From assembly GCA_034520945.1 (NCBI GenBank), contig JAXHNB010000002.1, positions 224,001 to 288,000 on the forward strand: DNA of 64,000 nt, given 5' to 3'. Shown in pieces: positions 50,326 to 59,734 of this stretch (the first letter of the stretch is position 1; each line of letters starts with the position of its first letter). A program made the position numbers and the translations under genes. Below the pieces are notes generated by a model. It was given only the letters and a program-made list of their open reading frames with translations, had not been told where the DNA came from and made no database searches. The stretch is from Trueperaceae bacterium. Its GTDB lineage: Bacteria; Deinococcota; Deinococci; Deinococcales; Trueperaceae.

Positions 50326-50937
50326 TCAGGTTCTGCCGCGTGCGCCCGGGGTCAGTCGCGCCGGGGTCGCCGCGCCGGCCGGCAGCTCCACCACCCCGCC
50401 GGGCAGCGCGAGGTGCGTGACGCGCACGTCGTGGGGGGCCAAGGGCAGGGATGCGGCCAGCAATTCGGGGTGAGCCACGCCCACCCGTGCGGCGTCGGGT
50501 CGCGCCTCGGCCAGCAAGCGGTCGTAATGTCCGCCGCCGTAGCCGAGGCGTCCCCCCGCGCGGTCGAAGGCGAGCCCAGGCACCAGGAACAGGTCCACCT
50601 CCGCGGCGAACACCCGCGGCGCGTCGGCGGGCGGCTCCAACATGCCGAAGCGGTGACGGGACGGGGCGCCCACCAGACGGTGCAGCGTCAGGGGCCCGTC
50701 GCCTGCCGCCATGCGGGGTGCGACCACCCGCGCGCCGTCTTCGAACAGTGCCGACAGGTCGGCCTCGCTGCCGAACGCCAGGTACACCGCCACCGTGCCG
50801 GCCGCGTGGTAGGGCGCCCAGGCGCGTAGCGCCTTCACCACGGCGGCCGACCACGCGGCGTGGTCCAGCCGCCCGCGCGCGTCGCGCGCTGCGGCGCGCC
50901 ATGCCTGCTTGACGGCGGCGTTCGGGTCGGGACGCAT
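50326..50937 (-). CDS. 5-formyltetrahydrofolate cyclo-ligase
   Basis: FGMLEP, LVPGLAFDRAGGRLGYGGGHYDR, PHDV. Confidence 0.93.
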   Translation of the reverse strand: MRPDPNAAVKQAWRAAARDARGRLDHAAWSAAVVKALRAWAPYHAAGTVAVYLAFGSEADLSALFEDGARVVAPRMAAGDGPLTLHRLVGAPSRHRFGMLEPPADAPRVFAAEVDLFLVPGLAFDRAGGRLGYGGGHYDRLLAEARPDAARVGVAHPELLAASLPLAPHDVRVTHLALPGGVVELPAGAATPARLTPGARGRT

Positions 50938-51023
50938 CGACGGCGAGCCTACCGCCGGCCGCAGCCTCGCGGACCGTGTGCGGCGCGACCCGCCCCGAGG
51001 GGGCGCGGCCGCATACTCTGCGC

Positions 51024-51455
51024 ATGGCCCGAACCAGTGAGACCACCGTGCACCAGCTCGTCGACAAGCGATTCGTCGGCATCACGCCCGACGGCATGCG
51101 CGTCATGATCGATGGCGAGGCCGAGGCGCAGACCGGGATGCGGCCCATGCAGCTGTTGCTCAACGCGGTCGGGGCGTGCGCCGGCTACGACATCGTCGAG
51201 ATGCTCCGCAAACGGCGCTTGGAGGTACGCGGCTACGAGATCGAACTGCGGGGCGACCGCGCGGAGGGCACGCCCAGTGGCTTCACCCGGATCCACGCGC
51301 GCCACCGGTTCGACGTGCCGGGTCTGGACGAACGAACCGCGCGCCGCTTCGCCGAGTTGGGGATGACCAAGTACTGCTCGGTCGCCGCCAGCCTGAAGGC
51401 CGACATCGACGTCGAGGTGGAGCTTCTGCACGAGCCGGCCCCCACGGGCACATGA
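51024..51455 (+). CDS. OsmC-family protein
   Basis: RPMQLLL..GACAGYD, KYCSV. Confidence 0.88.
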   Translation: MARTSETTVHQLVDKRFVGITPDGMRVMIDGEAEAQTGMRPMQLLLNAVGACAGYDIVEMLRKRRLEVRGYEIELRGDRAEGTPSGFTRIHARHRFDVPGLDERTARRFAELGMTKYCSVAASLKADIDVEVELLHEPAPTGT

Positions 51456-51482
51456 CGCGCGGGGGTGCCGGACGGGGTCGGC

Positions 51483-51731
51483 TCAGGCTTGGAGTGGACC
51501 GCTGCCCCCGCTCTCGGGCTCGCCTTCGCCCGACACGCCGGCCGCGAACCCCGATTGCAAGCCCATCAGGTACCCGAGTTTGAGCATGAACAGGAGCGTG
51601 TCGACGTCGCCGGCCGCGACGCGCTCCTCCACGTAGGCGCGCGTCCCTTCGGGCAGGTCGATGGCGTCGATCCGATCGGCGTGTTGGGCCTGCATCTGTT
51701 CCAAGAAGGCCCGAATGGCGTCCTTGCTCAT
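51483..51731 (-). CDS. ddrH: DdrH-like protein (Deinococcota DNA-damage response)
   Basis: LPEG...GD..LLFMLKLG..G.Q.GFAAG...LQA pattern resembles Deinococcus DdrH (from recall, not searched). Confidence 0.55.
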   Translation of the reverse strand: MSKDAIRAFLEQMQAQHADRIDAIDLPEGTRAYVEERVAAGDVDTLLFMLKLGYLMGLQSGFAAGVSGEGEPESGGSGPLQA

Positions 51732-52111
51732 GGACCCCCCTCCAGCCAAGACACGATCGCCAGCGCCGTGCCCAGGTTGGTGGCCAACGGGACGCGGTGC
51801 ACGTCGCAGATCCGCAACAGGGCGCTGACGTCGGGTTCGTGCGGTTGCGCCGTCAACGGGTCGCGGAAGAAGATCACCGCCGCGATGCGGCCCTCGGCGA
51901 TGCGGGCACCGACCTGAAGGTCGCCGCCCTGCGGGCCGGACTGCACCCGTTCGATGTCGAGCCCCGTGCGTTCGCTCAGCACCCGCCCCGTCGTGCCGGT
52001 CGCCACCAGGGCGTACGCCCGCAGCACGTCGAGGTGATCGTGCACGAAGGTGGCGAGGTCCGGCTTTTTGGCGTCGTGGGCGATGAGGGCGACGGCCTTG
52101 GCGGCATTCAT
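51728..52111 (-). CDS. mgsA: Methylglyoxal synthase
   Basis: ALIAHDAKK, ATGTTG, SGPQGGDLQVG, FFRDPLTAQPHEPDV..RICDVH..ATN. Confidence 0.95.
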   Translation of the reverse strand: MNAAKAVALIAHDAKKPDLATFVHDHLDVLRAYALVATGTTGRVLSERTGLDIERVQSGPQGGDLQVGARIAEGRIAAVIFFRDPLTAQPHEPDVSALLRICDVHRVPLATNLGTALAIVSWLEGGP

Positions 52112-53691
52112 GTGTCCGAGTCTAGCCGTTCGACGCGCACCTCGCCGCGGCGCGCGTCCAGCAGCCACACCTCGTCGCCGGGGCGGGCTTGGGCCAGGCG
52201 CCACAGGTCGCGCGGGTCGACCACCGCCGGTTTCGGGTAGCCGCCGGTCCGGCCACGGTCGGCCAGCAGCACGATCGGACGCCCGTCGGGCGGAATCTGG
52301 ACCGCTCCCCACGGCGTGCCGTCGCTCTCGATCTCCTCCCCCTCCCATGGAACCGGCGGGCCGTCCAGTCGGGCCCCGGTCCGGTCCACGCCATGGACCC
52401 GGAACGCCGTCGACACCAGGGCATCGAACGCCCGCGGCGCGTACTGCGGGCCCGGATGCACGTGCACCGCCACGCGCGCGGAGTAGACCGGCCGACCCGG
52501 ATGGGGCAGCGGGGGGCCGGTCCCCGACGCGTCCAGCGGGAGGACGTCGCCCGCTTGCACCCAGCGGCCCGATCCCCCCGCGCCCGCGCGGACGTCGGTG
52601 GCGTCGGACCCGCGCCACTGCTGAGCCCGGTACCCGCCGCCCACGGCCAGGTACGCCGTCCGCCCCGGCACGGCGGCGTCGGGGATCAACTCCAGGACCG
52701 CCCCCGCCGGCCACGCGAAGGCGCGCCAGCTTCGGATCGAGGCGCCGTCCAACGTCACCGATACGCCCCCTCCCGTCACGGCGGCCGTCAGATCGACCTC
52801 GCTGCGCAGCGCGATCGGTTGCCCCAGCACCTCCAGGGCGGCCCGGTGCGCCGGGTTGCCGACCATGCCGTTGGCGGCCTCCAACGCCAGCGGATCGAGG
52901 GCGCCGGCCTGCGCCAGGCCGAGATGCCCGCCCCCCCACCGTGGGCGTCCCTGCAACGAGGCACTGCCCGGCACGGCGCCCACGACCTCGAGGTTCGGCC
53001 CGTCGGCGCCAGCGAGCACGCCCTCGCCCGGGTCGCGGACGGGCGCGCTGCGCAGGGCGTCGATCCCGACAGGCTCGAAGACGACGGTGTCGCCGGCGCC
53101 CAACCACGCGGGGTCGTCGCGCCAGGGGTCGAACAGGGGGGCGTCGGTCCGTCCCAGCACCCACCATCCGCCCGGGCTGGCGCTGGGATAGATGCCGCCG
53201 CGGCCCGCCGCGATGGCCACCGCGCCGGCCGGCATCCGCGAGGCCGGCCGGTCGCGGCGCGGAAGGTGCAGAGCCTCCGGCAGGCCCAGCAGGTAGGGAA
53301 AGCCGGGCGTGAAGCCGATGAAGGCCACCGTCGGCCGGTGTGCCGCATGGCACGCGACGACCTCGTCGAACGGCATGCCGAGCCGGGCTTCGAGGGCCTG
53401 GGCGTCGGCATCCTCGCCGTACGCGACGCGCACCGTCCGCGTGCGGCCATGCGCCGCGTCGCGAGGCAGCGCGGCGGCGCGCTGGAGCCAGGCCCGACGC
53501 GCGTTCGCTGACAGCGTCGGTCGGTGCTCGACCGACAACGAGGTGAATCCCAGAACGAGATCGCGGATCTCCGGCGGGGCGGTGGCGGCGAGCCGCCTGC
53601 GAAGGTCGGCCAGCCGCTGCGAGGTCGCCGGCGAAGCCGGACCGTCCTGCTGCAGCACCGAGGCGTACGGCCCGGTGGTCATGAGCTTCAC
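52108..53691 (-). CDS. 5-oxoprolinase PxpB-PxpC fusion (urea amidolyase-like)
   Basis: FIGFTPGFPYL, GIYPSASPGGW.VLGRT, QGRPR.G, GAVQIPPDGRPIVLLADR..TGGYPK; TACAAT-N7-GTG. Confidence 0.88.
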   Translation of the reverse strand: MKLMTTGPYASVLQQDGPASPATSQRLADLRRRLAATAPPEIRDLVLGFTSLSVEHRPTLSANARRAWLQRAAALPRDAAHGRTRTVRVAYGEDADAQALEARLGMPFDEVVACHAAHRPTVAFIGFTPGFPYLLGLPEALHLPRRDRPASRMPAGAVAIAAGRGGIYPSASPGGWWVLGRTDAPLFDPWRDDPAWLGAGDTVVFEPVGIDALRSAPVRDPGEGVLAGADGPNLEVVGAVPGSASLQGRPRWGGGHLGLAQAGALDPLALEAANGMVGNPAHRAALEVLGQPIALRSEVDLTAAVTGGGVSVTLDGASIRSWRAFAWPAGAVLELIPDAAVPGRTAYLAVGGGYRAQQWRGSDATDVRAGAGGSGRWVQAGDVLPLDASGTGPPLPHPGRPVYSARVAVHVHPGPQYAPRAFDALVSTAFRVHGVDRTGARLDGPPVPWEGEEIESDGTPWGAVQIPPDGRPIVLLADRGRTGGYPKPAVVDPRDLWRLAQARPGDEVWLLDARRGEVRVERLDSDT

Positions 53692-53707
53692 GTGCGACAT
53701 TGTATGC

Positions 53708-54529
53708 GTGAGCATCTCTCTGGCCCCCATCCGAATCGGCCCGGTGGCGCTGTCCGGCGAACGCCTGCTGGTGGCCGTTGCCGTCCTGGCCGCCCTGGTG
53801 TGCGTCGAGCTGGTGGCGCGGCGGCGCGGCCGCGACGCCGACTGGGCGTGGACCGCCGTGATCGTAGGTCTGCTGGCCGCCCGCTTGGCGTGGGTCACGG
53901 CCCACCTTCCCGCCTACCTGGCGCGCCCGCAGGAGATCCTGTTCGTGTGGCAGGGAGGGTTCACGGCGTGGGCGGGCGCCCTTGCCGCGGTGGCGTGGGC
54001 GGTGGGGCGGTCGTGGCGCGCACCGGGGCCACGCATCCGCGATCTCCTCCCCGGGTTGGCCGCGGCCGGTGCGGCCGGCGTCGTGACGTTGGCCCTTCTC
54101 CCCGCCGAACCGGCGCCCCCGAGCCTGGACACGGTGCGGGCGCCGCTCACCTCGATGTCGGGCGAGGTGGCCGCTCCGGCCGATTGGGTCGGCCGGCCGC
54201 TGGTGGTCAACCTGTGGGCGACCTGGTGCGGCCCCTGCCGTCGCGAGCTCCCCATGCTGATCGAGGAGCTGGAGGCGCGGGAGGGGATCGACCTCGCGCT
54301 GGCGTCCCAGGGGGAGGCGCAGGGGACGGTCGCGCGCTACCTGGAGGCGGAGGGGTTGGCGGCGCAGGCGGTCTGGTTGGATCCCGAGCAGGCGTTGTCG
54401 AGGGCCTACGGAGTGGTGGGGTTGCCCACCACGCTGTTCGTGGACCGATCGGGCGAGGTTCGACGGGTCGCCTTCGGCGAGCTGAACCGCGCGCGGCTCG
54501 CGGCCTCTCTGGGGGCGCTCGGGCCGTGA
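53708..54529 (+). CDS. Lgt-like membrane domain fused to TlpA thiol-disulfide reductase
   Basis: GLLAARL..WQGGF..AG TM segment; VVNLWATWCGPCRRELP, GLPTTLF. Confidence 0.85.
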   Translation: MSISLAPIRIGPVALSGERLLVAVAVLAALVCVELVARRRGRDADWAWTAVIVGLLAARLAWVTAHLPAYLARPQEILFVWQGGFTAWAGALAAVAWAVGRSWRAPGPRIRDLLPGLAAAGAAGVVTLALLPAEPAPPSLDTVRAPLTSMSGEVAAPADWVGRPLVVNLWATWCGPCRRELPMLIEELEAREGIDLALASQGEAQGTVARYLEAEGLAAQAVWLDPEQALSRAYGVVGLPTTLFVDRSGEVRRVAFGELNRARLAASLGALGP

Positions 54530-54560
54530 ACGCCGGCGGGGCTCGGCGCCGCGGGCGGGG

Positions 54561-54590
54561 TTGACATGCTCTCGGCCGCAGGTATAGACT
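54561..54590 (+). promoter_or_regulatory. Sigma70-type promoter of the 23S-5S-tRNA operon
   Basis: TTGACA at 54561-54566 and TAGACT at 54585-54590. Confidence 0.75.
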
Positions 54591-55430
54591 CCTTTTTGCC
54601 GCTCGCGAGAGTGGCGCGAACGATGACAAGCGAAGACGAAGCGAGACATCCGCGCTCAGACGATCTTTTTGCCGTTTTCGGCCGATCGGATGAGCGTAAG
54701 CGCAAAGCCGGATTTCGATCCGGAACTGCGCGTCCAACTCTTAGTACTTGCGACCGAGAAGGTTACGTTACTAAGGGCGCACGGTGGATGCCTTGGCACT
54801 CGAACCGATGAAGGACGTGGCTACCTGCGATAAGCCTCGGTGAGCTGGAAGCAAGCTTTGACCCGGGGATGTCCGAATGGGGAAACCCACGCGAGCGAAC
54901 CTCGCGTACCCATGCGTGAATCCATAGCGCATGTGGAGGGAACCCAGGGAACTGAAACATCTTAGTACCTGGAGGAAAATAAAGAAAACTCGATTCCCTT
55001 AGTAGTGGCGAACGAAGAGGGAACAGCCTAAACCGCCTCCTACGGGGGGCGGGGTCGTAGGACCGGCAACGTGGACCGGAATGCCTAGTCGAAGCGCACT
55101 GGAAAGGCGCGCCAGAGCGGGTGATAGCCCCGTAGACGAAAGGCGTGAAGGCCTAGCCGGCACCTGAGTAGCGCGAGCCACGTGGAATCTCGCGTGAATC
55201 CACGGGGACCACCCCGTAAGGCTAAATATTCCGAGTGACCGATAGCGAACCAGTACCGTGAGGGAAAGGTGAAAAGCACCCCGTGAGGGGAGTGAAATAG
55301 TACCTGAAACCGTGCGCTTACAAGCAGTCACAGCCCTATGCCCGTCTTCGGACGGGAACGGGTGGTGGCGTGCCTATTGAAGCATGATCCTGCGACTTAC
55401 TGACAGTGCCGAGTTTAAGCCGTTAGGCGG

Positions 55431-55463
<33 letters not shown>

Positions 55464-56731
55464 CAGGCGCTGTTAGTAGACCCGAAACCGGATGAGCTAG
55501 CCATGGCCAGGATGAAGCTCCCGTAACAGGGAGTGGAGGTCCGAACCCGTTGAGGTTTAAAACTCTTGGGATGAGCTGTGGTTAGGAGTGAAAAGCTAAC
55601 CGAATCCGGAGATAGCTGGTTCTCCCCGAAATAGCTTTAGGGCTAGCCTCGGGGGTTCACCGTTGGTTGTAAAGCACTGATTGGGCTAGGGGGCCCACCA
55701 GCTTACCAAACCCTGTCAAACTCTGAAGGCCAACGGTTCATACCCCGGGAGTCAGTCCGTGTGAGCTAACTTTCACGGACAAGAGGGAAACAACCCAGAC
55801 CGCCGGTTAAGGTCCCCAAGTCATGGCTGAGTGGAGAAGGATGTGGAGACGCTAAGACAGCTAGGAGGTTGGCTTAGAAGCAGCCATTCCTTGAAAGAGT
55901 GCGTAATAGCTCACTAGTCGAGCGTCTCTGCGCCGAAGATGATCGGGGCTAAGCCATGCACCGAAACCGCGGCAGTGCAGCCAAGCTGTACTGGGTAGGG
56001 GAGCGTTCCGTAGGCCGTCGAAGCGGTACCGCAAGGAGCCGTGGAGGTATCGGAAGTGCGAATGCAGGAATGAGTAACGATAAGAAGGGTGAGAATCCCT
56101 TCCGCCGAAAGCCCAAGGGTTCCTGAGCAAGGGTCGTCCTCTCAGGGTTAGTCGGGACCTAAGGCGAGGCCGAAAGGCGTAGTCGATGGACAGCAGGTCA
56201 ACATTCCTGCACCACTTTCGTGGAGCGATGGGGTGACGCATTAGGATAGGCCAACCGGAGCCACGGTCGAGCCCGGCGGCGTGCGAAGCCAGGGAGGATA
56301 GGCAAATCCGCCTCCCGTGTTGGTGACGTACGTCGGGAAGGCCCTACGGGGCTGATAACTGGTCGAATCCACGGTGCCAAGAAAAACCTCTAAGTGTCGA
56401 AGCGAGAGTGCCCGTACCAAAACCGACACAGGTGGGCGAGTGTAAGAGCACTAAGGCGCGCGAGAGAACTCTGGTCAAGGAACTCTGCAAAATGGCCCCG
56501 TAACTTCGGGAGAAGGGGTCCCACGCGTACGGTGATCATTCGTGATTGCCGGAGGTGGGCACAGTTAATTGGCTCCAGCGACTGTTTACCAAAATCACAG
56601 CACTCTGCGAACCCGAGTAGGGGATGTATAGGGTGTGACACCTGCCCGGTGCCGGAAGGTTAAGGGGAGGCGTGCAAGCGCCGAACTGAAGCCCCGGTGA
56701 ACGGCGGCGGTAACTATAACCGTCCTAAGGT

Positions 56732-57357
56732 TAAGTAACGCTAGCCTTAGTAAAACCGAACCATATGCGGGAAACTCCTCGAAAACCGTCCGGTACTCGC
56801 CGATGCTTCGGCAGTAAAAATCCGGCGGACATGGGGACGATCCGCAGGGAAGACTTGGTGAAGATGCCAAGAACCCTCAGAGACCATACGTTCGGGATCG
56901 ACGGGTGAAGCTCGACAGCCAATGGGTGGTCGGGTTCGTGGATGGCGAAGGGTGTTTTCACGTCGGGATTGCAACGCATGCCGACATGGCGGTGGGACGA
57001 CAGGTCCTGCCCGAATTCACCGTCGTCCAGCACGAGCGCGACGTCCAGGTGTTGCACGCGCTGAAAACGTTCTTCGGCTGCGGCGTGGTTCGAAGCAACC
57101 ACGGCGAGCGAATGGCGTATCGCGTGCGCACGTTCGAGCACCTGCACGATGTCATTGCCCCGTTTTTCATGAAGCACACCTTGAAGACGATGAAGAACGT
57201 CGACTTCAGAAAGTTTCGACAGGTGTTGCTCGCGATGAAGGACGGTGAGCACCTGACGCCGGAAGGCGTCGACAAGATCCGCCGATTGGCGGCGGAGATG
57301 AATCGTGGTCGATCAAGATAGAGTCCGGCCCTCCTGGAAACAGGATGGGATGAACCG
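56732..57357 (+). mobile_element. Group I intron at 23S position 1931 (626 nt)
   Basis: Interrupts CCTAAGGT^AGCGAAATTCC; P1 ctaaggU/Gccttag; P10 cgct/agcg; P3 ccgaac/gttcgg; P tgcggg, Q atccgcag, R tcagagac, S aagatagagtcc; ends in G. Confidence 0.95.
56905..57321 (+). CDS. Single-motif LAGLIDADG homing endonuclease (intron-encoded)
   Basis: WVVGFVDGEGCF motif, F.VVQH..D..VL, FFGCG.V, PFF; 138 aa; stop overlaps the S element. Confidence 0.93.
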   Translation: MKLDSQWVVGFVDGEGCFHVGIATHADMAVGRQVLPEFTVVQHERDVQVLHALKTFFGCGVVRSNHGERMAYRVRTFEHLHDVIAPFFMKHTLKTMKNVDFRKFRQVLLAMKDGEHLTPEGVDKIRRLAAEMNRGRSR

Positions 57358-57473
57358 AGCGAAATTCCTTGTCAGGTAAGTTCTGACCTGCACGAATGGT
57401 GTAACGACTGGAGTGCTGTCTCGACCAGAGACTCGGTGAAATTGAACTGGCCGTATAGATGCGGCCTACCCGC

Positions 57474-57505
<32 letters not shown>

Positions 57506-57658
57506 ACAGCTTGATGTTGGCGTTTGGACCGATCCGTGTAGGATAGGTGGGAGACTGGGAAGCCAGGCCGCTAGGCTTGGTGGAGTCATTGGTGAAATAC
57601 CACCCTGATTGGTTTGGCCGTCTAACCTGCGCCCGTTATCCGGGCGAGGGACAGCGTG

Positions 57659-57690
<32 letters not shown>

Positions 57691-57832
57691 CAAAGCGTAA
57701 CGGAGGCGCACAAAGGTTCCCTCAGCACGGTCGGAAATCGTGCATAGAGCGTAAGGGTACAAGGGAGCTTGACTGCGAGACATACACGTCGAGCAGGGAC
57801 GAAAGTCGGTCCTAGTGAACCGGTGGTACCTC

Positions 57833-57886
<54 letters not shown>

Positions 57887-57994
57887 ACCGCCCGAGAGTT
57901 CACATCGGCGGCGGTGTTTGGCACCTCGATGTCGGCTCGTCATATCCTGGGGCTGGAGAAGGTCCCAAGGGTCCGGCTGTTCGCCGGTTAAAAT

Positions 57995-58046
<52 letters not shown>

Positions 58047-58160
58047 GTGGGCGTAGGAAAACTGAGGAGAGCTGTTCCTAGTACGAGAGGACCGGAATGG
58101 ACGCACCGCTGGTTTCTCGGCTGTTCCACCAGGGGCATATGTCGAGTAGCTACGTGCGGA

Positions 58161-58195
<35 letters not shown>

Positions 58196-58389
58196 GACTC
58201 CAAGATGAGTTTTCCCACCTCCTCGTGAGGGTAAGTCCCCCGGTAGACCACCGGGTCGATAGGCCGGGAGTGTACGCACGGCAACGTGTTTAGCTGACCG
58301 GTACTAATCGGACGAGGACGTAACCTTTTTTGCAATCATCCTCGAGTTGGATGGCGTTTCGCTTCGTCTTCGCATTGTCACTATTTGTT

Positions 58390-58512
<123 letters not shown>

Positions 58513-58563
58513 ATTTTGCGAACGGAAGGCACCGACCCTGCGGGTGGGTGCCTTCTCGTCCTC

Positions 58564-58639
<76 letters not shown>

Positions 58640-58650
58640 GAACGGTGATA

Positions 58651-58677
58651 GGGGCCGCCCGCGAGGGCGGCCCCTTT
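58651..58677 (+). terminator. Rho-independent terminator
   Basis: ggggccgccc-gcga-gggcggcccc-ttt. Confidence 0.8.
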
Positions 58678-58707
58678 GCCGTGTCGGGTCTCGGACGGCG
58701 TTTGGCG

Positions 58708-59734
58708 TCAGCCGGCCACGCCCGTTCGGGACGGCGGCGAGGCGGGGTGCCACGAATCCAGCGTCGCCTTGTAGTTCGCGCGCGTGAATGCCTCCTCGTC
58801 GCGCATTCCCTTGCGGCTCATGCTGCCGCGCAGCTGCGCCGCCGACACGTACTCGTTGTCTTCCAGCCACGCACGCATGTCGGCTTCGATCGCCGCGAAG
58901 CGCTCGGGGCCGTTGCGGAGGATCTCCGAGGTCAACATCGTCACGCTCGCGCCCGCGGCGATGCCCTTCAGGGCCGTTTGGGCATCGTGCACGCCGCTGG
59001 TCAACGCCAGGTCGGCGGGAACGAGGCCGTGCAGCAAGCCGATCCAGCGCACGCCCAGGCGCGCCTCCTCTGGCGTCGACAGGGCAAGGCGCGGGCGTAC
59101 CTCGAGGGCGTCGAGGTCGATGTCCGGCTGGTAGAAGCGGTTGAACAGCACCAAGGCGTCGGCGCCGGCGTCGGCCAGGCGGTCGGCCATGCGCATGGTG
59201 GCGCTCCAGTACGGCGAGACCTTGACGGCCACGGGGATCGACACCAGCTCGCGGACGTCGCGAAGGACACTGGCGGTGCGATCCTCGATCTCGGTGCCGG
59301 TGACGTCCGGGTCGGTGGGCAAAAAGAACACGTTCAGCTCCAGCGCGTCGGCCCCCGCCTCCTCCAGAAGCGTCGCGTAGCGCGTCCAGCCGCCCGGGGT
59401 GGCGCCGTTCAGGCTGGCGATGACCGGGACGTCGACGGCCTCCTTCGCACCGCGAAGCAGCTCGAGGTAGCCCTCGGGACCGGGCGAGCGCTGCGGCGTC
59501 GGCACGTAATCCAACGCCTCGGCGAAGCTCTCGGTTCCGTACGCCAGGTAGTGGTCGAAGGCGTCCTGCTCGCCCTGGATCTCTTCCTCGAACAGCGAGT
59601 GCATCACGATGGCGGCGGCGCCCCCGTCCTCCAGGCGGCGGAAGCCGTCGGGCTCCTTGGTCAGCGGCGATGCGGAGGCCACCAGCGGGACTGGCCAGGT
59701 CCAGGCCGAGGTACCGGGTACGTAGGTCGATCAC
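58708..59734 (-). CDS. Dihydroorotate dehydrogenase-like protein, +1 frameshift near 59688
   Basis: IDLRTRYLGLDLASP then LVASASPLT in the next frame; SLFEEEI, PVIASLNG, LELN, VKVSPY, LFNRFYQPDIDL. Confidence 0.85.

Noticed and set aside
50938..51023. 6S RNA upstream of 5-formyl-THF cyclo-ligase
   Set aside because: The intergenic space is only 86 nt and holds two divergent -10-like elements
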